Shown here piece after piece: positions 8,438 through 15,880 of a stretch of 39,717 nucleotides of DNA. The DNA comes from a virus (taxonomy: Duplodnaviria; Caudoviricetes): positions 1 through 39,717 of IMG/VR virus record IMGVR_UViG_3300032334_000676; one strand, given 5' to 3'. The first letter of the stretch is position 1, and every line of letters starts with the position of its first letter. A model generated the notes under the pieces. It saw nothing but the letters and a program-made list of their open reading frames with translations, did no database searches and was not told where the DNA came from. The translations under genes were made by a program, and so were the position numbers.

Positions 8438-8668
8438 ATGAAGCTCTCCGTCTCAAATCTGGATCTAGTTACGGACGCAGGGTATCCGGTGGGGCCAAGG
8501 TTCATCATGGGCGGGAGGCCTCCGGCGATAGGGTTTGGGCCTTACAAGACAATCGAAGAAGCAGAGGAGGCAAGAGTTGAGTGGGAAGCCTATATCAATG
8601 AGCGGCGTGAGGGTAAGTCTCTACGCAAGTCCAAGACATACCGGAAGAAGAATGCCTCTCCTCTTTAA
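8438..8668 (+). CDS. Hypothetical protein
   Basis: Abuts the previous stop (TAAATG). Confidence 0.6.
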   Translation: MKLSVSNLDLVTDAGYPVGPRFIMGGRPPAIGFGPYKTIEEAEEARVEWEAYINERREGKSLRKSKTYRKKNASPL

Positions 8669-8786
8669 GATTATCCTAGGCCTAGTTGTGGCTTCGGCTT
8701 TGGTTTGGTTTGTGTTCTGGTTCGCCGTGGCTTTTATCTATCTGATCATCACGATAGTGGAATGTATCGGGAAGTTGTTACGCTAG
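8652..8786 (+). CDS. 44-aa membrane peptide
   Basis: MPLLFKIILGLVVASALVWFVFWFAVAFIYLIITIVECIGKLLR; very long hydrophobic run. Confidence 0.55.
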   Translation: MPLLFKIILGLVVASALVWFVFWFAVAFIYLIITIVECIGKLLR

Positions 8787-9256
8787 TTCGGCCCATTCAC
8801 AAACTGAATCGACCAATCCCCTGCGTTATCTCCGACAAGAGTACGCTGATAGTATAGGCCGGAGTTGTCGTTCTGGTAGGGATATGGATCCACCTCTCTT
8901 GACTCATGCCTACATCTCGTCGGCCTATCATCAAACCCTAGCTCCCTATATTCCCTAGCAGATCGAGCATCAAACTCTTCCTGTGCGATAGGAGTCAGCC
9001 CCCTTGGGATTGGCTTCTGCCGATACTTATAGCGAGTCTCTGCCATCCACTTCTCCTCAGGATCTAGCATGATCGAGGCGTACTCCTTCTTCTTATTTCT
9101 CTCCGCCTCACCTGCCTTATAGATTGAGTTCTCGTAGGCTTGTCTATCACGATAATCCTTCCAAGCCTGCGTCTGGTCTTTGTTGGATAGCGTAGGCCTC
9201 GAGACTGCCACAATTAACCCCAAGATGAGTAGGCCATAGAGGATAATCTTTTTCAT
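8783..9256 (-). CDS. Exported/membrane-anchored hypothetical protein
   Basis: N-terminal MKK plus hydrophobic signal/anchor IILYGLLILGLIVAV. Confidence 0.7.
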   Translation of the reverse strand: MKKIILYGLLILGLIVAVSRPTLSNKDQTQAWKDYRDRQAYENSIYKAGEAERNKKKEYASIMLDPEEKWMAETRYKYRQKPIPRGLTPIAQEEFDARSAREYRELGFDDRPTRCRHESREVDPYPYQNDNSGLYYQRTLVGDNAGDWSIQFVNGPN

Positions 9257-9260
9257 AGGA

Positions 9261-9668
9261 TTAGGCTACAAGGGCTTCCTTCTCCTTACAACTCCAAGCT
9301 GGTTTGAATCCTTTCCGCTTTGCGTAAAGGACTGATCCGTGATCGCAGTTAAACTTACGGGAGATTTCAGAGGGCGGGATGCCTGCGTTATACATTCTTT
9401 CCCACACTGCCCAACGCTCCTTAACTGATCTCAGGTCTTTCCGGTGACTGGCGTTAAGAATTGCAGGACTGATCTGGATGGGGGGCGGAGGGACAACGGC
9501 AATCTGAATGTCCTTCGCGTTGGCCATTAGCTTCTCCGCTTTCTCGATAGCTAGCGTTAGTCGAGTTACCCTATGTCCTAAAAGGGATAAGGTTTCTGTG
9601 GTGTCGGCTAGCTTATCTTCGAGTTGTTTGAGTCGGTAGGTGGTGGTTATCTGAAAGGTATTATTCAT
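9261..9668 (-). CDS. Coiled-coil plus DnaA-domain-IV-like HTH protein
   Basis: C-terminal SEISRKFNCDHGSVLYAKRK resembles the DnaA C-terminal signature; SD AGGAG before the ATG at 9668. Confidence 0.55.
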   Translation of the reverse strand: MNNTFQITTTYRLKQLEDKLADTTETLSLLGHRVTRLTLAIEKAEKLMANAKDIQIAVVPPPPIQISPAILNASHRKDLRSVKERWAVWERMYNAGIPPSEISRKFNCDHGSVLYAKRKGFKPAWSCKEKEALVA

Positions 9669-9699
9669 AGTCGCTTTGCTCCTGTGGTTGCTTTGCAAC

Positions 9700-9849
9700 C
9701 TATTTAGTTCTCTCCTCGGTTTGGTTTTGAATAGATTCAATTATGGTTGCCGGACTCAGTGCTGTGGAATTGCGAAAGAGGCTTTCCTCAATCTTCCATT
9801 TCTCAAGTTCGGTCTTGCTTATTGGTTTAAGAATTTCTGTGACGCTCAT
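9700..9849 (-). CDS. 49-aa hypothetical protein (not in ORF track)
   Basis: MSVTEILKPISK...QTEERTK; SD GAGGAG; ATGA overlap with the upstream gene. Confidence 0.55.
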   Translation of the reverse strand: MSVTEILKPISKTELEKWKIEESLFRNSTALSPATIIESIQNQTEERTK

Positions 9850-9980
9850 TTGGTTCTCTCCTCAATAATAAATAATACAGCCAAGAGTGAAGTGATTATT
9901 AGGATAACCGCAGTAATTACGATTAGCCTTCCTATTGCCAATCCTGCTCCGGCCATAATCCAATCTGTTAGTGTGGTCAT
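9846..9980 (-). CDS. 44-aa membrane peptide (not in ORF track)
   Basis: MTTLTDWIMAGAGLAIGRLIVITAVILIITSLLAVLFIIEERTK; preceded by the ACAAAGAAAGAAC motif. Confidence 0.65.
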   Translation of the reverse strand: MTTLTDWIMAGAGLAIGRLIVITAVILIITSLLAVLFIIEERTK

Positions 9981-10003
9981 TAAAGTTCTTTCTTTGTTTG
10001 GGT

Positions 10004-10099
10004 TTAATCTCTCTGACAATACCAAGCCATTCCAAGAATAATCACTGTGATTATCGGGGTGATGATTCCGATTAGCTGGTCTATTTCGCGTCCGGTCAT
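10004..10099 (-). CDS. 31-aa single-TM peptide (alternative start 10111)
   Basis: MTGREIDQLIGIITPIITVIILGMAWYCQRD. Confidence 0.55.
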   Translation of the reverse strand: MTGREIDQLIGIITPIITVIILGMAWYCQRD

Positions 10100-10116
10100 A
10101 GCGATCATCATAGTAG

Positions 10117-10218
10117 TTAATCTCTCCCCATAAACATTGCCAACACTAGACTTGAGCAGACTAGGGGGATGGCAATCCTTACTATGGTGTCGAGGAGTTT
10201 GAGGAGGTCGGGGGTCAT
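10117..10218 (-). CDS. 33-aa single-TM peptide
   Basis: MTPDLLKLLDTIVRIAIPLVCSSLVLAMFMGRD; SD AGGAG; ATGA overlap. Confidence 0.6.
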   Translation of the reverse strand: MTPDLLKLLDTIVRIAIPLVCSSLVLAMFMGRD

Positions 10219-10544
10219 AGTCGCTTCGCTCCTATGGGGCTTGCCTCGCAAGCCTCATTAAAGAATAGGAACTGCCTCTTGTCGGAGTGATTATCGACAA
10301 GGTGCTTAATATCTTGTGACTCATTATATAGTTTAAGTATCCATCGAACTACCTCATCTCCATCTCCCATCTCGAATACATCACTCATTCTTCGGGAGTA
10401 GCTATCAAACCAGTTACTATCTCCCGCCAACATACGGAAGAATACGATTGCTCTTTCGTATGCTCCCTTTGCTTTAATGGCTGGGCTTGTGCTTTCCGTC
10501 ATCCATTTACTTATTCCGTTCTTTAGGATTTGATCTGGCTTCAT
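10215..10544 (-). CDS. Hypothetical protein
   Basis: ATG at 10544 coupled to the upstream stop. Confidence 0.65.
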   Translation of the reverse strand: MKPDQILKNGISKWMTESTSPAIKAKGAYERAIVFFRMLAGDSNWFDSYSRRMSDVFEMGDGDEVVRWILKLYNESQDIKHLVDNHSDKRQFLFFNEACEASPIGAKRL

Positions 10545-10717
10545 AGGTTCCTCCACTTCTCTTCCGTAATCCCCGCCCACTCAGCTAGGCGGGGATCGTC
10601 GGCAAGTAGGCGGGGGTTAGATTGAGCGATGGATTCAAGCTGAATAATCTGATCGAAACTAACGCTCTCCTCCTCGATGGATTGGCGGATAGAATTAAGG
10701 GTGGATTGGATATTCAT
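10541..10717 (-). CDS. Hypothetical protein
   Basis: ATGA overlaps at both ends. Confidence 0.6.
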   Translation of the reverse strand: MNIQSTLNSIRQSIEEESVSFDQIIQLESIAQSNPRLLADDPRLAEWAGITEEKWRNL

Positions 10718-11001
10718 ACAGAATACCACCCATCATATCCCGACTTGGCATCGCATTCCTCAAGTGGCATTCCGCTTCTTGCTAGACTCAACCATTCGCA
10801 AGCTTGCTCTCCGCAATCCTCCTGTTCCTTGGCGTTGTCCATGTCCACGATACATAGCTCAACTCCTTTGGATACATGGTAGGCTGTCGCGACTCCTCCT
10901 TCTACTTGGACTATGACCCTATGGATTTGTTTGTTTGTTTTCATATTGTCTTTGTATTGTGTGATTCGAGTATCTTTGTTTAGGAATCTTGTGATGCTCA
11001 T
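10714..11001 (-). CDS. Hypothetical protein
   Basis: ATG at 11001 overlaps the upstream stop; VIVQVEGGVA...IVDMDN pattern. Confidence 0.6.
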   Translation of the reverse strand: MSITRFLNKDTRITQYKDNMKTNKQIHRVIVQVEGGVATAYHVSKGVELCIVDMDNAKEQEDCGEQACEWLSLARSGMPLEECDAKSGYDGWYSV

Positions 11002-11453
11002 TTCACCTTCTCCGCGATGAAGTGGTGAGCCATCGCATCTCCGAATCCCCACTCAAAGGCTTCGGCTGGGGTCGGGACACAAGTGGAGTCATCACAAGTG
11101 CTTTCGGGTGCGTCCCAATAGTTAGTTACTACGCTCGCCACCCATCCTTTCTTTCCACGCTTAACGCAAAACACTTCCATAAGGTCATCGCCTAGGCGAA
11201 AATCAAACCCGATAGCCTCAAGCTCTCCGTCTATTGGCTTCTTGAATATGTCCTTTGCGTATCGCCTAACCGCAGGACTCATAAGCTCGATGATCTTGTC
11301 TCGAATTACGCTCGGCTCATCTGATCCGTGGAAACTATCCGACTCGTCCCTCTCCGCTCTCTCTTCTAGTCTGCGATAGCGTTGGCCTAGGCTATTGCAC
11401 TTTGCTTTCTGTGTCTTGGTTAGGTGCTTGTTGAAGAATGTAGTTATGTTCAT
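10998..11453 (-). CDS. Hypothetical protein
   Basis: 151 aa; RBS AAGAAAGGAACCCAAATG. Confidence 0.75.
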   Translation of the reverse strand: MNITTFFNKHLTKTQKAKCNSLGQRYRRLEERAERDESDSFHGSDEPSVIRDKIIELMSPAVRRYAKDIFKKPIDGELEAIGFDFRLGDDLMEVFCVKRGKKGWVASVVTNYWDAPESTCDDSTCVPTPAEAFEWGFGDAMAHHFIAEKVK

Positions 11454-11471
11454 TTGGGTTCCTTTCTTGGG

Positions 11472-11744
11472 CTATAAAACTGCGAGATACTTTTTGAGGA
11501 TTGCGAAGTGGGAGGCGGGGATTTCTTTCACTCCTCCTGCCGACATTACTGAATCTCCTGACCAGTAGCCTCCGACATCCTCATTGTATTCGCTGTCATC
11601 ATCGCCCCGCCAAGTTCTTGCCACTTTGTCGTTGTATTCATCGGGGCATCCTTCGGTTTTGAATACATATCTTGTGTCGTATTCTAACTCTCCTTGCCGT
11701 TCTTCTATCGTGCCTATGTAGTATTTTGGTTTTTGGTTTTTCAT
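11472..11744 (-). CDS. Hypothetical protein
   Basis: RBS ACAAAGAAAGAACCCAATG. Confidence 0.75.
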   Translation of the reverse strand: MKNQKPKYYIGTIEERQGELEYDTRYVFKTEGCPDEYNDKVARTWRGDDDSEYNEDVGGYWSGDSVMSAGGVKEIPASHFAILKKYLAVL

Positions 11745-11760
11745 TGGGTTCTTTCTTTGT

Positions 11761-11988
11761 TTATTGGTTTGCTTTGCTGGTTAGTAGGTAGTCCTTTTCA
11801 ATGGTTTCGGTTGTGAATCTGTCTCCCCATTGATCTTCGTCTCCTACGACATCTGCGTTTAATCTCTCAACCTTGCTTCCATCTTCGTGACAAACGCATA
11901 GGGTTAGATGTCCGTCCTCATCTACTCGTCCCTCGAAAATCCAGTTTCCGAGGTTCACTACAATTCTATCTTTTGCTGTTACATTCAT
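11761..11988 (-). CDS. Hypothetical protein
   Basis: RBS ACAAAGAAAGAACCCACTAATG. Confidence 0.75.
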   Translation of the reverse strand: MNVTAKDRIVVNLGNWIFEGRVDEDGHLTLCVCHEDGSKVERLNADVVGDEDQWGDRFTTETIEKDYLLTSKANQ

Positions 11989-12024
11989 TAGTGGGTTCTT
12001 TCTTTGTTTAGGGGTTCGTTTTGC

Positions 12025-12309
12025 TCACTGGCTTGCTCCGCAAGCTGGTGAATTGAGGGAAGTTCTTTGCAGGGCGGAAAGGGGTAGGGGTAAGGGCATC
12101 CAAAACTTGTAGAGGCTTCTTACACTCTCCGCCGAAACGATTAGGAGGGGTTCCCATTCGAGGCCGTTCCTTTCAATGAAGGAATGGGCGGAGCGGTGGG
12201 AAGGAAACTCTCCGAAAAGCTCTCCTGCATCGGATTGGATGTGGAACAAGCCTGCGGTCTTGTTCCGCCGATTGCTCTGCAATCTAGGGATAGAGAGGGC
12301 TGGGGTCAT
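12025..12309 (-). CDS. Hypothetical protein
   Basis: ATGA-coupled. Confidence 0.6.
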   Translation of the reverse strand: MTPALSIPRLQSNRRNKTAGLFHIQSDAGELFGEFPSHRSAHSFIERNGLEWEPLLIVSAESVRSLYKFWMPLPLPLSALQRTSLNSPACGASQ

Positions 12310-12530
12310 CGCGAGGCCTCCATTAACTGCGACTCTTTCCGCATTTTATCCACTACCAGCATAAGTCCTAGTGGCTCATCTCCTGCCCCATAAACTCCTG
12401 TCACCCATCCTTCTTTCCTCCATTGGTCTTGCTGTTTCTGTGAGCGATAGTCGGCAAGTTTGATAGGCTGGGTTAGTCCATAATTGGGGTTTGGATTGTA
12501 TCCCCATAACACTAGGTTTTTGCGGGTCAT
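12306..12530 (-). CDS. Hypothetical protein
   Basis: ATG at 12530 with SD AGGAG, coupled to the upstream stop. Confidence 0.65.
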   Translation of the reverse strand: MTRKNLVLWGYNPNPNYGLTQPIKLADYRSQKQQDQWRKEGWVTGVYGAGDEPLGLMLVVDKMRKESQLMEASR

Positions 12531-12742
12531 TTCTGTATCTCCTGAATGAGCATCCAAGGTTGAAAGTCTGTCGGCCTCCATCCTTCTAGGATTTCGACAT
12601 CCACCGCTCCTTGTGCGTCACTCCTTGTTAAGCCTTCCTCCTCAAGCTGGGTCACTCGTTCTTCCCAAGTGGTAGGCCTAGTCATTCTCTCCATCTCTGC
12701 GTCATCCATAACAAGCTGTAAGAGTTGGTCGGTGGTGGTCAT
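12527..12742 (-). CDS. Hypothetical protein
   Basis: LEEEGLTRSDAQG motif; ATGA-coupled at both ends. Confidence 0.65.
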   Translation of the reverse strand: MTTTDQLLQLVMDDAEMERMTRPTTWEERVTQLEEEGLTRSDAQGAVDVEILEGWRPTDFQPWMLIQEIQK

Positions 12743-12960
12743 AGGAGGATGGAACTTTCTTTAACGAGGTATCCGTTGTCGTTAATCCATTCGAGGATTT
12801 GGGCTTTGTAGTCACTCCACTCCTCGTTGGTTAAGCGGTGCATTCCGTCGGTGGTATCCACTACAAGGGAAATCCCCTTGTTGGTTTCCTTGGTGTAGTG
12901 GGTGACGGATCGCCCAGAGTTAAGGGTGAAGTCTGGGGGGATGGGTTTGTTGATGGTCAT
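12739..12960 (-). CDS. Hypothetical protein
   Basis: RBS CAGGAGAACCCAAATG. Confidence 0.65.
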   Translation of the reverse strand: MTINKPIPPDFTLNSGRSVTHYTKETNKGISLVVDTTDGMHRLTNEEWSDYKAQILEWINDNGYLVKESSILL

Positions 12961-13091
12961 TTGGGTTCTCCTGCGGTTCTGTATTCGAGGATTTCCTTCA
13001 GATCCTCCACTATGAGCCAAGCCTTCCGCAGTTCCTTGGGCTCGAGGTGGTTTCCTTTTAGTAGTTGTTCGATTATTTTTAGAGTGGTCAT
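12957..13091 (-). CDS. 44-aa hypothetical protein (not in ORF track)
   Basis: MTTLKIIEQLLKGNHLEPKELRKAWLIVEDLKEILEYRTAGEPK; ATGA overlap. Confidence 0.55.
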   Translation of the reverse strand: MTTLKIIEQLLKGNHLEPKELRKAWLIVEDLKEILEYRTAGEPK

Positions 13092-13097
13092 TGTTTT

Positions 13098-13277
13098 TTA
13101 GTATGCGGTTAAGTGGTTTTCTATTTGGATGCCATCAAGAAACTCGCCCATGTTTCCGAGAACATCATTCTTGCAATACTCAAAGGCTTCTTTCCTAGTT
13201 CCCTTGAATTGGTCGGGTAGTTCTACGAAAACCCAAGTAATTTCAAGTTTCACTTCTATTGGTTTTTTTAGTCTCAT
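13098..13277 (-). CDS. 59-aa hypothetical protein (not in ORF track)
   Basis: MRLKKPIEVKLEITWVF...HLTAY; RBS AAAGAAAGAACCCACAACCAATG. Confidence 0.65.
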   Translation of the reverse strand: MRLKKPIEVKLEITWVFVELPDQFKGTRKEAFEYCKNDVLGNMGEFLDGIQIENHLTAY

Positions 13278-13305
13278 TGGTTGTGGGTTCTTTCTTTTGT
13301 TTGGG

Positions 13306-13377
13306 TTATTTGTTCAGCGTCCAAGCTCCTAGGCCTAGTACGGCAAACATGGGGAAGAGGATCATCATTAAGTCCAT
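13306..13377 (-). CDS. 23-aa single-TM micro-peptide
   Basis: MDLMMILFPMFAVLGLGAWTLNK; RBS CAAGGAGAAACCCAAATG. Confidence 0.55.
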   Translation of the reverse strand: MDLMMILFPMFAVLGLGAWTLNK

Positions 13378-13393
13378 TTGGGTTTCTCCTTGG

Positions 13394-13567
13394 TTAGATT
13401 TCTTTAAGGTTTTCGAGGAGGTCTAGGATTTCGTCGAAGCGGTGGCAGGGGCATTCGCTTCCGTCCTCCTTATTGCAGGGGTTAAGCTCCCCATCTCTCA
13501 AGTCTGTGAGTAGGAATTTGATGATGTCCAACTCTGCGGATAGTTTTTTTCTGCGGTTCTTTTTCAT
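13394..13567 (-). CDS. Hypothetical protein
   Basis: RBS CAAGGAGAACCACACAATG; Cys-containing segment. Confidence 0.65.
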   Translation of the reverse strand: MKKNRRKKLSAELDIIKFLLTDLRDGELNPCNKEDGSECPCHRFDEILDLLENLKEI

Positions 13568-13599
13568 TGTGTGGTTCTCCTTGTGGGGTCTTGTTACAC

Positions 13600-14019
13600 T
13601 TAAACGCAAACCGAGAGGCCTCGGCTGTATATTGCGTCAATCTTCTCGCCTTTGCTGATGTCTTTCTTATTTAGGATATACAACGCACACCCTCGCGGGT
13701 CTCCTTGCTGATAAGAAACTAGGTCGGGGTGGTTAGCCATAATTCCGGCCAAGCGTTTCAACGCTCCCTTCTCCTTGTCGGGGTAGGGGTATTTCTTGTC
13801 GTGCCATACCCCGCCCATTCCCTGCCATTGTCGGCGGAAGTAGGGCTTGTCGGTGGCTTCATCTCTCTCAATGCTCCCTGCGTCTGTTCCGCATTCTAGT
13901 TCGTGCCATCGGTGCAGGGTTCGCTCAATGCGGAGAAGCTGGGAGGCCTCCGCATAGTCAAAGCCTAGGGCGTTCAATCTGCCATACACGAATGCGATTC
14001 TTTCTTGTTTTCTGCTCAT
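13600..14019 (-). CDS. Conserved phage early hypothetical protein
   Basis: TLHRWHELECG...QGDPRGCALY motif; strong RBS. Confidence 0.75.
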   Translation of the reverse strand: MSRKQERIAFVYGRLNALGFDYAEASQLLRIERTLHRWHELECGTDAGSIERDEATDKPYFRRQWQGMGGVWHDKKYPYPDKEKGALKRLAGIMANHPDLVSYQQGDPRGCALYILNKKDISKGEKIDAIYSRGLSVCV

Positions 14020-14052
14020 TTGGTTTGGGTTCTTTCTTTGGTTGGTGGTTTG

Positions 14053-14298
14053 TTAGATTACAGATTCCAAGGCCTCGCATAGTTCATCGGATATATCTCC
14101 CTGAATATGCCGAGAACAAAGTCCCAAGACATCGCCTTCGGCCTCATAATTAAGACCGATTGAGGCAATCGGGTTGGTTTGTGTTTTGGGTTCAAGGATA
14201 ATTTCAAAGCTTCTTCCTTGCCCATTCTTGCCTCTAGGTAATTCGATTGAGAGCATGATTGAATCGTTTTCGAGTTTAACTTTATTTATTAGCTTCAT
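14053..14298 (-). CDS. Hypothetical protein
   Basis: RBS AAAGGAGAACCCAACCAATG. Confidence 0.7.
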   Translation of the reverse strand: MKLINKVKLENDSIMLSIELPRGKNGQGRSFEIILEPKTQTNPIASIGLNYEAEGDVLGLCSRHIQGDISDELCEALESVI

Positions 14299-14330
14299 TG
14301 GTTGGGTTCTCCTTTGGTTGTGGTTGCTTG

Positions 14331-14738
14331 TTACAGAGTCGCTACAAGCGACCTAGTAAGGGTTTCTGATGGGGTAAGGGGTTCGGTTTGGCTAATATCG
14401 AACACGCTTCCAGTAAAGAAGAAGGAGGGCGAGTCGGTGGTTTCCCCTTCCTCAGTCTTGCGGGAGGCGGGGCAGAATATCGCAAGGGCTTTCTCTCCCT
14501 TCCTTACGATACGGCCTGCCTTCTTCCATTGTTGAAAGCCTCCGACGATGGAGACCCCCTTTTTCTGGAAGTAAAGGAGGGCGGAGTTTTTGAAGGAGAG
14601 GGGTCGGCCTTCGATGGTTCGGAGGCTTCCGAGTTGGTTAGATAGTTCCACCCTTTCGGCTTCCGACATCTTCGCGAACTGCTCCGCGAGTTGTTTCATC
14701 TTCGCTTTCTTGGCTTCTATGGCTTCGGTCTTGGTCAT
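14331..14738 (-). CDS. ArdC-like N-terminal ssDNA-binding (antirestriction-type) protein
   Basis: GRPLSFKNSALL...GGFQQWKKAGRIVRKGEKALAIFCP...VFDISQTE matches the ArdC N-terminal (DUF1738) pattern. Confidence 0.8.
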   Translation of the reverse strand: MTKTEAIEAKKAKMKQLAEQFAKMSEAERVELSNQLGSLRTIEGRPLSFKNSALLYFQKKGVSIVGGFQQWKKAGRIVRKGEKALAIFCPASRKTEEGETTDSPSFFFTGSVFDISQTEPLTPSETLTRSLVATL

Positions 14739-14771
14739 TGGTTCGGGTTCTTTCTTGGTTGGGTTAGCTTG

Positions 14772-14969
14772 TTAGATTCCGCGACATTCTTCCGCAACCT
14801 CATCCCATCGCATCTTGAAGATGTGAACGAGGGTCTCAGCGTCACGGAGGACATCGACTGGGTCTCGTAGCTCTGCGGATTGCAGGGCATTGGTTAGCCA
14901 ATAGGAGGAGCCGTGGGATTGCAGGATGTCTCGAATGAGGTTAAGGGCGGGGGTTTGTTTGGTTGTCAT
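14772..14969 (-). CDS. Conserved small hypothetical protein
   Basis: SYWL..AL..A..RDPVD...DAE.L pattern. Confidence 0.7.
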   Translation of the reverse strand: MTTKQTPALNLIRDILQSHGSSYWLTNALQSAELRDPVDVLRDAETLVHIFKMRWDEVAEECRGI

Positions 14970-15215
14970 TTATTTAACCTCGTTCATTTTTCGGGCGATT
15001 AAACAAGCCATATCCGAGCCTGCTTCGTGGATTTCGCGGTAAGTCTCAACCGCACTACCTGCAAAGCGAGAATGGCGAGTAATTTCGCGAGTCATAGCGG
15101 AGCCATCCTCAAACAAGTTCCAAAGGAATTGTCGATTCATAGAATCTAAATTGTCGTAAATAGTTTTTCCAACGACTTTAACCGCGCTGGGTTCGGTTTG
15201 AGTTTTGTTGTTCAT
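14970..15215 (-). CDS. Hypothetical protein, first gene of leftward early operon
   Basis: Directly follows a predicted leaderless promoter. Confidence 0.65.
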   Translation of the reverse strand: MNNKTQTEPSAVKVVGKTIYDNLDSMNRQFLWNLFEDGSAMTREITRHSRFAGSAVETYREIHEAGSDMACLIARKMNEVK

Positions 15216-15250
15216 GTAGTCTTGTTACACTTCGCAACCGCTTCCGTCAA
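15213..15250 (-). promoter_or_regulatory. Leftward early promoter (leaderless) with operator-like site
   Basis: TTGACG-N17-TAACAA-N6-ATG. It contains TGTAACAAGACTACATG, a 15/17 match to TGTAAGAAGATTACATG at 1474-1490. Confidence 0.6.
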
Positions 15251-15850
15251 TACTCTCAAAGCGGTAATTAGTTAGGCTTATGCTATGCGGGAGCCTTCAA
15301 TATATGCTTACGAGGGGAAAAAGGCTTTTTTGATTAGGTAATCTAATGGGAGGCGGGGGATTTATTTTCGGGGGGTTATCAAATAAAAAGAATAAATGGA
15401 GGCTTCTTACACAAACTGAAAAGAAAAAAATAAGAAAAAAAAGAAAGCGGAAGCAATCGAAGGAGGGCTTATGCTTCCCCGCCTAGCGAGCCACGGAGGC
15501 CAAGGGGAAGAGATAACGGAAGGGCAGGGCTCGAATGATGCAAGATGATGGAGGGGGTTAGGTTTTTTTTAATATATGATAATAATAAATGGGGAAGGTG
15601 CGTGGGCATAGTTCGCCCATCCTCGAGGGACTGGGCGTTTTTCTCTAGGTGCGGTATCCATTAAACCTAAGCCATAAGGGAGGCTGGGAGAATCGCTGGA
15701 ATTACTTCCAATTATTAAGCTAGCAGGGCGTAAGGCTAGCTCCGACAACTTACGCTCGTCCCTTTTCGGTCTGTCATACGAGGATAGTTCCCGAGGGTTG
15801 GGCTTTGTGTTCTCCCGCCTCAATTCGTTCCCGTAACTCCGGCGGAAGGA

Positions 15851-15880
15851 TTGACAAGTTTTTTTTTAGCAATACGGGAA
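15851..15880 (+). promoter_or_regulatory. Possible rightward promoter
   Basis: Perfect TTGACA 36 nt before the terS GTG; the -10 is poor (TACGGG at N16). Confidence 0.35.

Noticed and set aside
10117-10218. Possible frameshifted pseudogene in C-runs
   Set aside because: On recount both runs have five C and the 33-codon frame is intact.
9981-14775. CRISPR array or integron attC sites formed by the repeated intergenic motif
   Set aside because: Repeats are short, degenerate, non-palindromic and separated by whole genes; no attC R/L-box hairpins, cas genes or IntI-type context.
15569-15823. 84-aa minus-strand ORF in the non-coding region
   Set aside because: TTG start, no RBS and no protein-like features; treated as spurious.
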